Source: Octopus vulgaris
Lineage: Eukaryota
Length of the DNA: 64,000 nucleotides
Direction of reading: 5' to 3'
Assembly: GCA_951406725.2 (NCBI GenBank)
Contig: OX597821.1
Location: forward strand, 83,948,001 to 84,012,000
Below are positions 41,530 through 55,037 of this stretch, piece by piece (position 1 is the stretch's first letter; the number at the start of each line of letters is the position of its first letter). The translations under genes and the position numbers were made by a program. The notes under the pieces were generated by a model. It was given only the letters and a program-made list of their open reading frames with translations, did not search any database and had not been told where the DNA came from.

Positions 41530-42290
41530 AAAATTATCCAATGCCTTATCCGAAGACAAACAAGTAATAACATACCTGGAGGAAAACAACTTAGATGACA
41601 CTCGGTATAGATTTCGGACTGAATTTTTACAGCATCATAACAGTACCTCTAATAATCTCTTAAGGGGAAAGATCATTGACTGTTAAAACCTTGATATTGT
41701 TAAGACGTTTGACAAGATTGATCATGGAATCATCCGTCATAATTTAGGAAATCTTGGTATCACAGGAAAAGTCGGAGAATGGTTCTTTAACTACCTATAT
41801 GGTAGGAGTCAACCTATTACTGCGAATGGATTTCTCTCTAAGTTACCTGTAATACGTCGTATACATCAGGGAATGAATTAGACAAGAATATCGATGGCTA
41901 GGATCTAAACCAAAAGAATACGAAAATTAGTACATCAAAATTTCAGCTTCTTCATTACAAACGAATTCACCCAAATCGCAATATTTGACACAACGTAACA
42001 TAATGATTCAGAGCACTAATGACATACAGGATTTAGGTGTAATCATATCAAATGATGGATTTTCCGTCAGCCATATTATCAAACTAACCTTCAAATGCAG
42101 CAAACACATAGGCTGCATCCAACGAACATTCATGACAAGGAACCGGTAGTTAGTTTTATTTTTAGGGAAAACCCTAGTTCTGAGCAGTATAAATTACTGC
42201 TTAAATTTAAATATTCTTACTCATCCGGTCTCATAGAAGAAATTGAATGGTTACAAGTAATGTTCACTGGAAAAATACCTTCAGTTAGAT
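41530..42290 (+). mobile_element. Second, more decayed CR1-clade LINE RT fragment
   Basis: KTFDKIDHGII...LGITGKVGEW, DLGVIISND motifs with frameshifts. Confidence 0.7.
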
Positions 42291-44370
42291 TTTCTAACTT
42301 CCGAGAAATTAGGTAGAAAAGTCTCTGGAAAGTTCCGTGGATTTTCTAACTTCCGGGAAATTTGGTCGCAAAATTTTCTGGAAAGTTCCGGGGATTTTCT
42401 GACTTCAGGGAAATTTGGTCGAAAATTTAATGGGAAGTTACGAGGATTTTACTACTTCCGGGAAAGTTGGTTGAAAACTTCCTCGGAACTTTCCATGAAA
42501 TCCTCGTAACTTTCCAGGAAGTTTCCAATCAATTTTCCACGAAGTTAGAAAATTCTGGGAACTTTCCATGAAATCCTCGGAACTTTCGGGGTAGTTTTCG
42601 ACCAATTTTCCAGGATGTTCGAACATCCTTGGAACTTTCCATGAAATCCTCGGAACTTCCCAGGAAATTTTCGATCAAATTTCCAGGAAGTTCGGAATTC
42701 CTCGGAACTTGCCATGAAATCCTCGGAACTTCCAATAAGATCCTCGGGAATTTCCAAGACGTTTTCGATCAATTTTACAGGAAGTTGAGAAATCCTCGAA
42801 ACTCTCGAGGAAGTTAGGAAACCTCGGAGTTTCCCAGGAAATTTCCAACCAATTTTACAGGAAGTTAGGGAATCCTTGGAACTTTCCATGGAAGATTTCA
42901 ATCAATTTACCAGGAAGTTGGGAAATCCCGGACCTTTCCGTGAAATCCTCGGAACTTCCCATGAAATCCTCGTAACTTTCCAGGAAGTTTCCAATCTATT
43001 TCCAAGAAGTTAGAAAATCCTTGGAACTTTCCATGAATTCCTCGGACCTTTCGGGGTAGTTTTCGATCAATTTTCCAGGAAGTTAGAAAATCCTTGGAAC
43101 TTTCCATGAAATCCTCGGAACTCCTCAGGAAGTTTTCAAACAATTTTCCAGGAAGCTAGGAATTCCTCTGAACTTTCCACGAAATTCTCGGAACTTCCCA
43201 TAAAATACTCGGAACTTCCCATGAAATCCTCGGAACTGTCCAGGAAATTTCCAATCAATTTTACTGGAAGTTAAGGAATCCTTGGAACTTCCCATGTAAT
43301 CCTCGGGACTTTCCATGTAATCCAAGAATTCCATAACTTCCTGGAAGATTGTCGGAAATTTCGTGGAAAGTTCAGAGGAATTCCTAGTTTCCTAGAAAAT
43401 TGTTCGAAAACTTCCTGGGAAGTTCCGAGGATTTCATGGAAAGTTCCGAGGATTTCCTAACTTCCTGGATAACTGATCGAAAACTACCCCGAAAGTTCCG
43501 AGGATTTCGTGGAAAGTTCCCAGGATTTTCTAACTTCTTGGAAATAGCTTGGAAACTTCCTGGAAAGTTACGAGGATTTCATGGGAAGTTTCGAGGATTT
43601 CATGGAAAGTTCCGAGGATTTCCCAACTTCCTGGTAAATTGATCGAAATCTTCCTGGAAAGTTCCTAGGATTACATGGAAAGTTCCAAGGATTCCCTAAC
43701 TTCCTGTAAAATTGGTTGGAAATTTCCTGGGCAACTCCGAGGTTTCCTAACTTCCTGGAAAGTTCCGATGATTTCCGAACTCCCTGGAAAATTGATCGAA
43801 AGCTTCCTGTAAATTTCCGAGGATTTCGTGGAAGTTTCCAAGGATTTCCTAACTTCCTGGAAAATTGGTCGGAAACGTCTTGGAATGTTCCAATGGAAAG
43901 TTCCACCACCACCACTACCATCATCGTCGTCGTCGTCCTAACATGTGTCCTGAAACGAGAGTTTCGAGGATTTCCCAACTTCCTGTAAAATTGATCGAAA
44001 ACGTCTTGGAAATTTCCGAGGATCTTATTGGAAGTTCCGAGGATTTCATGGGAAGTTCCGATGAATTCCGAACTTCCTGGAAATTCGATCAAAAATTTCC
44101 TGGGAAGTTCCGAGGATTTCATGGAAAGTTCCAAAGCTTTTCTAACTTCCTGGAACGTTTCGAGGATCTTGTGGGAAGTTCCGAGGATTTCATGGAAAGC
44201 CCCAAGGATGTCCTAACTTCCTGGAAAATTGCTCGGAAACTTCTTGAGAAGTTCCGAGGATTTCATGCAAAGTTCCAAGGATTACCTAACTACCTGGCAA
44301 ATTGGTCGGAAGCTTCCTGGAAAGTTCCGAGGGTTTCATGGAAAGTTCTGATGATTTTCTAACTTCAAGG
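42290..44370. repeat. Modular satellite (21-bp and ~51-bp units) arranged +/-/+, forming a long inverted repeat
   Basis: Units GGATTTCATGGAAAGTTCCGA and GGATTTTCTAACTTCCTGGAAAATTGATCGAAAACTTCCTGGAAAGTTCCGA; orientation flips near 42478 and 43325. Confidence 0.92.
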
Positions 44371-44374
44371 TAAT

Positions 44375-45030
44375 TTGGTCTTACTAGCATCACTCAGTAA
44401 GACCTTTGTCAGCCACTCTCCAGTTATCTATTTAAAATTGTATACAACAATGGTATATCCACACTTGGAATTTGCATCACCAGTCTGGAACCCCTCTCTT
44501 TCTCAGCATATAAATCACCTGGAAACTGTTCAGCAATGTGCAACAAAGCAAATACCCACCGTCAGACATCTACCGTACTCTGAACGTCTTGCATTCCTGG
44601 GCATGGATACATTGAAGCCCAGACGTCTGGCAACTGACTTGATTGACACCCACAAGATTATCCACCATATTTTCAACAACAACCCTAGGGTACCTTTTTG
44701 AATTCCATATGACAAACACTCACGGACTTGCTTATAAAATCAAAAAACAACACAGCACCCATGACTTTCGGAAACAATTTTTCATGCTCAGAATTGCAGA
44801 AGCATGGAATAAACCACCTATATCAGTTGTTTGCTGTCAAGACACTACATCCTTCAAAACTTCCATGTGTCCTGAAATCCGCCAACAGTACACCTGATGG
44901 CCATTTTTTTTAGTTGTAGTGCATCTGAGCACTGTATACAGCTATTTCCTTTATCATTATATATGTGTGTTTGTTGACTTTCTGTGCAGTATTTTAGGTC
45001 TTTTAGTTTATGTAATGTCACACACTCACT
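44375..45030 (+). mobile_element. CR1-clade LINE 3' end
   Basis: LYTTMVYPHLEFASPVWNP...LETVQ...YSERLAFLG...RRLATDLI, then RIAEAWN and a 3' UTR. Confidence 0.85.
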
Positions 45031-45344
45031 TCTGTTCCCACTCAGTGGTACCCTACGCAGTGTTCAATATTTGGTGCAAGACTGTCTCTCTTTTCTATCT
45101 ATTTCTCTCTCCTCTACCTCTCTACCTATCTGCTGCTTTTCTCTCTTTACTGCCTTCTATTTCTTCCTCTGTCCATCTCTGTCAACTACCTACTATCTAT
45201 CTTTATTCCCTCATTTCTCCCCACTCTCTCTTTCTTCCTACTTGCTCTTCCCTAACCTTCTCTACTCTCTTTCTTCACTTTTTTGGTACCAAAAGACAAT
45301 CCAATTTTTTGTCACTCATCGTTTTTCTACTTGACCAGTAAGAC

Positions 45345-45530
45345 ATCATCGCTTAATGTCCATTTTCCATGCTAGAATAGGTTGAATGGTTCGACTGGGG
45401 CCTGGGAAGCCAGGAGGCTGCACCATGCTCCAGTCTGATCTGGCAGTGTTTCTACAGCTGGATGCCCTTCCTAACGCCAACCACTCTGAGATTGTAGTGG
45501 GTGCTGTTTTTACGTGCCACCGGCACAGGG
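45345..45530 (-). mobile_element. RTE-related repeat fragment
   Basis: GGATGCCCTTCCTAACGCCAACC motif, recalled from RTE-type elements. Confidence 0.45.
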
Positions 45531-45849
45531 GCCAATTTCCTGCCTAGTACTCATTTCAGATCCCCAATTTATCTTTTCACTTTCATTCTTTTCTTTCCTT
45601 CTAACTTCCTTCCTTCTACCCATCACTCTATCCTTCTCCTGAGCCTTCTCATTGTACCTTTGGGACACAAGTACCACTATTTTCTTCCTTTTTTTTTTGT
45701 TAGTTTTTGTCATGTAGTGTCCCACATTTTGAAATACTTGTAATTTTTATTTTTACTGCTTATTTTAACTCTGCTTGATATATTTCCAAAATTAAACATT
45801 TTAATATGCAAAATATACTTCACATTATTATATATAGTATGCATTAATG

Positions 45850-46339
45850 CAAAAAATATTGTGTTTATTGGCTATCTTCAAAATGATCACACCATCAATG
45901 GAAAATTCCAATACCAACTTCCTAAGGCAGTTATGAAAGGCTATCAAGACCAAACACCCAGAAAAACTGATGAATGGGGTCTTGTTTCATTAGGACAATG
46001 ATTCAGCACACAAGTCCTTGGTTTCAATGGTTGCTGTATGTGACTGGCTTTGAACTGGTTGATCATGCTCCCTATGTTAGTGATTTGGTTCCTTCTGGTT
46101 ATCATCTGTTTCCTAACATAGAAAAACACTCAGCTGAGCACCAGTATCACTATGACGAGAACATCTTATCTGTTGTTGATGACCATTTTGATCAACAGAA
46201 AAGCTTCTTCACCAGTGCGACCCAAGCACTGCAAGTGTGTGGACAGTAAGAGGAACTATGTTAGAAAATGAACTTCATTTGGTCACATTCCATTGAGAGT
46301 GTCTTGCTCAGATTATGAACATTTCAGCCGACCCTCATA
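45850..46339 (+). mobile_element. mariner transposase C-terminal fragment and right TIR
   Basis: HAPYVSDLVPSGYHLFP (YSPDLAPSDY-like); ends TTTCAGCCGACCCTCA-TA. Confidence 0.8.
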
Positions 46340-46656
46340 ATAATAAAGATTATTATACCTGCATTTGTTTTAATGTTAACATTGGAAAAATCCACATTTG
46401 TCATTAAAAAAATTAGGACCTGGGCTTGCACCCCCTTGGCAAATTTTGTTGCTGGGCCACTGGTAGAATGCTTTGCGATATTTCAACTCGTTATGTTCTG
46501 AATTCAAATCCAGCCGAGGTCAACTTTGCCTTTCATCCCTTCGGTGGGGGTTGACGAAATAAAATGCCAGTGAGGGACGGAGTAGTGGGTGGATCCATGT
46601 AATCGACAAAGCCACTCTCTTTAATTTCAGTTCTTGTGTCTATGTTAGGAAAAAAG

Positions 46657-46659
<3 letters not shown>

Positions 46660-46689
<30 letters not shown>

Positions 46690-46935
46690 ATATCATCGTC
46701 GTCGTCGTTGTCGTTTTCATTGTCATTATCACTACCACTAACATCATCATCATCATCATCATCAGTACCATCACTACCATCATCACCACCACTACCACCA
46801 CCACTACCACCATCATCATCATCATCATCAATATCATCGTCGTCGTCGTTGTCGTTTTCATTGTCATTATCACTACCACTAACATCATCATCATCATCAT
46901 CATCAGTACCATCACTACCATCATCACCACCACCG
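46660..46935. repeat. 141-bp tandem duplication of a compound triplet tract
   Basis: CAATATCATCGTCGTCGTCGTTGTCGTTTTCATTG occurs twice, 141 bp apart. Confidence 0.85.
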
Positions 46936-47135
46936 TCAACGCTGCCTTCGTCGTCATAATCATCATCACCACCACCACCACCACTACCATCATCGTCGTC
47001 GTCATTGTCAATGTGGTTGTCAATGTGGTTGTCGTCCTCGCTATGATTTTAAAAGGAAACCGATAAGCTTTTAATTCTGAATCTTTCTCTTAACCGGAGG
47101 GTAGTTATTTTAGATCACAGCATCTTTATTACTGC

Positions 47136-47203
<68 letters not shown>

Positions 47204-48250
47204 ACAGCAGCAGCAGCAGCAGCCGTGGTGGTGGTGGTGTTTGTGGGTTGGTAGAGGTGTGGTTACAGAAAAAAAAGGACCCGAAATATTGTAAGTTAGA
47301 AGAGAAATTGGTGTATTCCTTTTTCTTTCTTTACTGTATTTTTAAGCAGAACAAAAAACGAATTGTGTAAAAGTTTTTTCTTTTTTTCACCGGATGTTTA
47401 TACATGTGACATCGATTGAGTTTTCGGGGTGTTTTATGAAATAAAACTCAAAGTGACTCACTGAGCAATAAGACCGTGTGACAGACAATTTCTTTTATTC
47501 CACTGACACACGGCCCTGCTAGCATCGTTTGATGAAAACACTTTGAGATTGTCTATATGTCTTCGCTTTGTATAGTTAACGTGTCAAACGTTTTGTAAGA
47601 AAGACATAGGCCAAAAGAAAAAGGAGAAGAAAAAGAGAGAAAGAAAGGTGGGAGAAGAAGATGAAGAAAATGAGAGGAAAGACGATAGGAAATTTAGAAA
47701 GAAAGAAAGAAAGACAGAGAGGGGGAACAAAACGAAAAGAAAAAAAATTATATGTATGAATTTATATAAAATAAAAAGGAATATGAAGAAAGTTTTCTTG
47801 GAACAAAAAAAAAACAGAAAAAGATGAAAATATTAAAAAGAAGTGAAGGAAATTGAGAAAGAAAAGAACGAAGCAAGAAATGAATGTAAAACATGACAAA
47901 AGACGAAAGAGAGAATGAAAGTGAAAAAGCTTAAAGGAGATTGAAAAAGAGAAAGAAAAATAGGGAAGAAAAATTATGTAAAAATAGATAAAATTATATA
48001 CAATTTATAAAAAGTGACATTTTAAACGTGTTTTGTTGAAAAAGAACTCATGTTGCGGTTACTTAACGATACTATAAGTGGATAACAATAGGTTTTGTTG
48101 GAATTGTGTTGTAGTTGCTTAAGTATCGAATATGTCGTCTGTATCATCACAAATGATGTGAATTATCTAACAGATTTAGTTTATCATCGTTATTCCTCCC
48201 TTATTTGAATGAAAAGTGTTGTTTCGCATTTATTTATTTCAGCTATACGC

Positions 48251-48374
<124 letters not shown>

Positions 48375-48378
48375 GTAT

Positions 48379-48423
<45 letters not shown>

Positions 48424-48432
48424 CAGATAGAC

Positions 48433-48499
<67 letters not shown>

Positions 48500-48506
48500 C
48501 AGACAG

Positions 48507-48561
<55 letters not shown>

Positions 48562-51046
48562 CGCATTCACACACACAGTGTGTGTATATATATATATATA
48601 TCTTCTAATTCTTCTTGGTTTTGGAATATTCTTAATAGGTTGGATAATACATAACTTGTGTGTGCACGTGTATGTTTTTATGTGTGTTATATATGCGTAT
48701 GTATATGTGCATATTATACAAGGGTATGTGTATGCGTGTGTGAATGTATGTGAATGTTTTTTCTGGATATTATAATATATATTGGATACTGCATTCACGA
48801 GACATAGAATATTAGTGTTTTATAAGTTGCCTAGGATATAAAACTCATATTGTATCTATGGATTATAACTATATAAATTTACTGTATACAATGCATGTAC
48901 AATATTAGTATGCAGAAATGATTACCTTACTGTAAATAGTGCACATACAGCCACCCGTTGAGTTTTCGTTATTTTTCTTATATATATCTTGTCTTCGTTG
49001 AAGGTACATATATATGAATTTCATAATGTTTTGGGAATAATTGTAACTTTTTTTTCATAGAACAAAACAATGAAACCCATGAGTGGGGTGGGGGGGAAAG
49101 TTATCGATGAATTTTACATGCGAGAAAATTATCGGCTGTTTTCAATCAAAGTCATGTCAAAAGTCAAATTGAGAAATATTAAAATTTTTGTAGTATTTTA
49201 CATCAAACAGCTCATAACGTAGTCAAAGAATAGATTGAAAAAGGACATGGCTGATTGGAGAAACGATCTGGGAGGCCGCAGAAAGTTTTTAAGTGGGCAA
49301 AAAGGGCAGATGAATAGGAACTTATTAAACATCGATATTTAACTGTAGGAAACTCTAGGAGTTTTGTTGTTACTGATGATCTTACGAAATTATATTTGGC
49401 TAATTTTTTTTAATTCAAGGTTGAATTAGTGGCTAACACTACTGAAAGCTGGGACATGGATTGTCTGCTTTCAGTTGCATAAAACGGCGAGCTGGCAGAA
49501 TCGTTTGCGTACTGGACAAATGAACAGCGGCATTTCTCCCGACTTTACATTTTGGGTTTAAGCTCCAACGGAATCGACTTGCTTTCATCCTATCGGAGTC
49601 GATAAAATAAGAACCATTAGAGCACTGGAGAACGATATGTACAAACAGAAATATTTCTCGGAGCACGTATGAACACCATCAGGGAACAACATGTTACGAA
49701 TTTGTACGAAGCAGTCTCTAAACTTCTATAAATACATCACAGCATGTACACTGCTTAAAGAGTATTTTTCATTCATAAATTCATAAATTCCCTTGATAGA
49801 TAAAATTGCTTTCCTTTTTATTTTTTTGTTTGTATGTCAACAAATTTTATGAATATTAATACATTCCCTTATCAAATCGAATCAGTTTATTCTGAAATAA
49901 GTCAAACTTCATTTTAACTGCTTGGAAGTAGTTTTCGATATTGAAACTAGAAATAATAGGGGTTGGGGTTGGGGGGCGGTTAGTCTAGCTGTCCCAAATG
50001 TTTCTTATTCAACATTTTCCTAAGAAGATTTAATTACGGAAATTAATTATGGAAATGAAAAAAAACTTATATCGTTACCAAAGTAAGGGAATATTTATTT
50101 CTTTTGAAAAAGTGTGGAATATCAGTAGGAATTTCTTGAATTACTAGGATAGAAGACCTAACTGCTAGTAGCTGAACTTTAGGACTTCTTACTAGATTTT
50201 GGTGCATCTTGTTTAGCAGCATGGAAGCCGGGTCCTTGGAAGTAACAAACAAGTTGATTCAGTGTGGCGCACTAAGCCACCTATTCTGCATGGGAATGAA
50301 TAAATATTCATAAAATTACTAGATTTTTACATACGGGAAAGTATCTATATTCATAGAATGCTAGTTATACCAAGGAGAAAAAGCGACAAAGATAATTTAG
50401 CTAATAAAACATTTACAGAGTTTTTTTTTTTTTTGTTGGGTTACATTCAAAAGTCTGGAAAAGCGTTCAAACTACTTACAAAACACTACAAAATAACACT
50501 ATTTACAAATACTTCAGAACACCGCAACTGTACGAGGAACATAGCAATAATGATAATAATATCAACGAAAAAACAAAAAATATCGTTATCTCCCTCTCCA
50601 GCGTTATAGTCCGTGGAGATTTAGATTTAATAATACAATCTCTGAACATAAAAATAGAGTAAACATGACACATTTTTTTTTTTGCTCTTTCTGCAGCTCA
50701 GTATTGACAGCATTTAAAGTACTTTTGTGAAACTGAAAGATTCACATGACTTTCAGTGTTAATTAATTCACATAGCAATAATTCAATAATAATTAATTCA
50801 GAAAACATTCTTATTTCCATAACACAGAACAGCCAGCATTCCAAATTAAGCATAACTAGCTAGACTCTTTCACAACGTGGGTGGTTTTACAATATACACA
50901 AATACTCACATTAAATATATTGATATCACAAATTGCATTCGTAACCTACATTAGAAAGGCAGTTTTTTTTTTAAATAAAAGTTAGTGAGACGAAGCATAT
51001 TAATGTAATAAGCGTATATGTTCTGCCAGCCCTTACTGACACCCAA

Positions 51047-51370
51047 GTGAAGGCGCGAGGCTTAGTGGTTAGGGCATTCGGTTCACGATTGTAAGGTCGT
51101 GAGTTCAATTCCCGGCGACGCGTTGTGTCCTTGAGCAAGACACTTTATTTCACGTTGCTCCAGTCCACTCAGCTAGCAAAAATGAGTTGTACCTATATTT
51201 CAAAGGGCCGGCCTTGTCACATTCTGTTTCACGCTGAATCTCCCTGAGAACTACGTTAGGGGTACACGTGTCTGTGGATTGCCCAGTCACTTGCACGTTA
51301 ATTTCAAGAGCAAGCTGTTCCGGTGATTGTATCAGCTGGGACCCTCGTCGTCGTAACCGACGGAGTGCTC
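51047..51370 (+). mobile_element. tRNA-derived SINE with a distinct body and the family C tail
   Basis: A/B boxes, GTGTCCTTGAGCAAGACACT body, then TTGTACCT.TATTTCAAAGGGCCGGCC...CCCTCGTCGTCGTAACCGACGGAGTGC shared with family C. Confidence 0.8.
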
Positions 51371-51439
51371 CTTCAGACACCCAACGCCCCAGCAGGTTAC
51401 TCATCCAACTACAAGTATTTAACACTTCCATTTTACCGC

Positions 51440-51850
51440 GTTACCGCGTCGTCTACAGACGAGTACCATCGGCATCTTGTCTCCAGAATTCCCTCTTCTG
51501 CATTGCTCTGAATCGGTTGTTCCTCAGTGAACCAGAGTCTTCTCCCAGTTGGTCAACAAATGTCTTAGCAGGACGACCCCAAGGTCGCTTTCCGTGCGTT
51601 GATTCCTACATAATTGACTCACTACTTTGTCCTTGCTATAAAAGCAGTGTCCTCAAGATCTCGGTCTTCTTTCCTTTATGGTGAAGGTAACTTTTGGAAG
51701 ATTACCTTAGAGAAACTAATTTGCTGCATGGGACTGTCATTTGATATTAAATGGTGCTCTCAGAAGTCTTGTGTATATCTCTATTTCTCTCCAGTGTCTT
51801 AGATATAGACCATGGAATGCAGCCGTATAGGAGCATGAGTTTCTGCTGTT
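51440..51850 (-). mobile_element. RTE/RTEX-type LINE 3' fragment
   Basis: Minus frame KRPWGRPAKTFVDQLGEDSG...AMQKREFW. Confidence 0.65.
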
Positions 51851-52932
51851 GCTCGAAAGAAGCTAATCTTAAGCTCTCCGTTTAGGTTTGATCCCCTAAC
51901 AGTATCAATCTTTGATTGGGCTAACCCTGCGTTAGCAATGCAAGCTTTAATGCTCTTAAATAAATACAATTGGAAGAGCTTTTTATGTACTCAACACGTT
52001 TTAGTTTTCAAATAGTACAGTTAGGAAAAGAAGCAAACTTCCTTTGCGCCCTAAACACATCACACCAAAACACACAAACCTCACCAAACTAAGTTCGACA
52101 ACTCTTCCTCATCAATCGCCTTTTATGCCACAGATCAAGCTTCCACACCTCCCTAGCAAGCACTCGCCGACCTCCCTTGTATAATGTATTAATTATCGTC
52201 ACAACACATTAATGAAGAAAGTAAAAACGTTTTTACAAACTTCGAAAAAAAAACAATAAAATAAAAGTACAATGAACGAGTTATATCAAAAAGCAGAATT
52301 AAGGTTTTTCAGAATTCAGCAACATTACAATAATCGATATAGACACTGCTGTATACAGCATTCAATAGAACAATTATAAACACATTAAATGAAATGATAT
52401 CCCACGGGGCAACATAAAAATACAACCCCAATTATATTCCAGAAATAGCCAAAACTCATAAAAACCAAAATCAACCACAAACACAATACACCAAAATCAC
52501 ACCCAACAACCGAGATAAAAAAAAAAAAAAACCCGCTTCAAAGATCTAAAGAAGAAAAATTTTAAATAAATAAATGAATTACTAAATATAAAGAAATAAA
52601 CCAAAGAAAACAGAAAACAGGTAAATATTTGTAACGCAGAAAACAGGTAAATATTTGGACCACAAGACCAGCAGTAACATGAATATTATGCAGAGTAATT
52701 TGCTTCCTCCTCCTCCTCCTCATCATCATCATCATCATCCTCATCATCATCAGCGTGGTCGTCGTCGTCATCATCATCATCATCATCATCATCACCGATA
52801 GCTATAAAAGTCACATCGCAAACTCAATCACAACAACAATTTATATTGATATACTCAAATAACATACCCACAATGCAACACCAAAGAAACGCCTTCTCCG
52901 AACTTTCTCGAGATTCGTCCACCAGAAAAACG

Positions 52933-52967
<35 letters not shown>

Positions 52968-53114
52968 TGCCGGAACCTAAAATGAAGAATGCGCAGCTTC
53001 CACTTGGATTAGGATTTTAACCCTTCTCCTTCCGGCAGACATCAAAATATAACAGAGAAATCTAAAAGCTCAAAACCCTTCAGGTCCTCACAAATTTGCT
53101 AACTCCTACAAAGG

Positions 53115-53972
53115 CATAGGCATGGCTGTATAGGTATGACGCTCGCTTTGCAGCCATCTAGTTTCGGGTTCAGTTCTACTGCGTGGCACTATCAGCAAGT
53201 GCCTTTTTTTTTTTTACTATTTATCACCAGCCCAACAAAAGCCTTGTGAGTTGACGGAAACTGAAAGAAGCTCGTCGTATATATATGTATGTGTGCGTGT
53301 GTCTTTGTGTTTGTATTTGTCCTCCATCACCGTTTGACAACCGGTATTGCTTTGTTTACGTCCTCGTAACTTAGCGGTTCAGTAAAAGAAGACCTATGAA
53401 ATAAGTACCAGACTTTAAAAAAAATAGTACTGGGGTCATTTGTTTGACTAAACCCTACAAGGCGGTGCCCCTGCATGGCCACAGTCCAATGACAGAAACA
53501 AATAAAAGGTAAATTAATATGTGTGCGTGTGTGAGCGTGTGCATGCGTGCGTCTTTGTATCTGTTGTGTATCACTCCCCCCACCACCACCACCACATTAC
53601 TTGCCAAGTAGTGTTAGTTTGTTTACGTGCCGGCAACCAAGCGGTTCGTCAAAGGCACCGATATATGTACCAGACTTACACTTTATTCTTTGCTCTTTTG
53701 CTTGTTTCACTCATTTGACTGTGGCCATGCTGGAGCACCACCTTTAGTCGGGCAAATCAACCCCAGGACATATTCTTTGGAAGCCTAGTACTTATTCTAT
53801 CGGTCTCTTTTGCCAAACCGCTAAGTTAGGGGACGTAAACACACCAGCATCGTTTGTCAAGCGATGTTGGTGGGACAAAAACAGACCCACAAACACATAC
53901 ACGCACACATACATATATATATATATATTTATATATATATACATACATACATATATATATACATATACATAC

Positions 53973-54034
<62 letters not shown>

Positions 54035-54195
54035 TATGCACATATACGACAGGCTTCTTTCAGTTTCCGTCTACCAAATCACAAGGTTTTGGTCGGCCCG
54101 AGGCTATAGAAGAAGACACTTGCCCAAGGTGCCACGCAGTGGGACTGAACCCGGAACCATGTGGTTCGTAAGCAACCTACTTACCACACAGCCAC
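53115..54195. mobile_element. Convergent SINE A pair (53115-53510 +, 53695-54195 -)
   Basis: Both align with family A; a further internal fragment lies between them. Confidence 0.85.
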
Positions 54196-54369
54196 TGAAA
54201 GAAGAAAAAGAAAAAGTTTTCAGTATTCAGGTTAGTTTCTTTGACTAAAACCGTTCAAGGCGATGCCCCAGCATGGCCGCAGTCCAACGGCTGAAATACC
54301 AATAAAAGACAAAAACTCTACTTAAAACATTGTATGCTTTATATTATCACTGCTACTCACGTTAATATT

Positions 54370-54900
54370 TAATAATCCTTTCTTCTAAAAAGCACAAGGC
54401 CCGAAATTTGCGGGTAGGGTACTAGTCAATTACATCAACCCTAGTGTTTCACTGGTACTTCATTTATCGACCCCGAAAGAATGTAAGGCAGAGTCGACCT
54501 CGGCGGAATTTGAAATCACCATTTAATGATCCTTTCTACTTTAGGCACAAGGCCTGAAATTTTGGGGAGGAGATAGTTGATTACATCGACCTCAGTACTC
54601 AACTGGCACTTTATTTATCGACCTCGTAAGGATGAAGGGCAAAATCGACCTCGGCGGCATTTGAACTCAGAACATAAAGATGGATGAACTGCTGCTAAGA
54701 ATTTTCGCTTGGTGTGCTAACGATTCTGCCAGCACGCTGCCTTAAATCAATATCCAATAATCCTTTCTACTATAGGCACGAGGCCTGAAATTCGGGGGAG
54801 GGGAGATTGCCGATTACATCGACCCCAGTGTTTCACTGGTACTTCATTTATCGATCCCGAAAGGATATAAGGCAAAGTCGACCTCGGTGGAATTTGAAAT
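54370..54900 (-). mobile_element. Three tandem antisense SINE B copies
   Basis: Repeated GCACAAGGCC.GAAATT...GACCTCGGCGGAATTTGAA. Confidence 0.85.
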
Positions 54901-55037
54901 TAACATTTAATAACCCTAATAACACTAAGTCGTTGAGCTGGCAGAATCGTAAGCATGCCGGGCAAAATACTCAGCGACGTCTCTACGTTCGGAGTTCAAA
55001 TCCCTCAAAAATCAACTTTGCCTATTTTTACTTTCAG

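Larger units (their letters stand above)
38924..46462. mobile_element. hAT-like element swollen to 7.5 kb by nested insertions, splitting a SINE B
   Basis: TIRs CAAGGGCCCGGGAACA / TGTTGCTGGGCCACTG (12 of 16 match), 8-bp flanks GTAGAGCG / GTAGAATG, GCACCCC subterminal motifs at both ends. Confidence 0.55.

Noticed and set aside
42438-44362. Repeat-protein ORFs (SSEDFME / FRGFHGK)
   Set aside because: Mirror-image translations on both strands with frequent frame changes; produced by the satellite.
50067-50290. Minus-strand ORF or exon in unique sequence
   Set aside because: No recognisable homology and no convincing paired splice sites.
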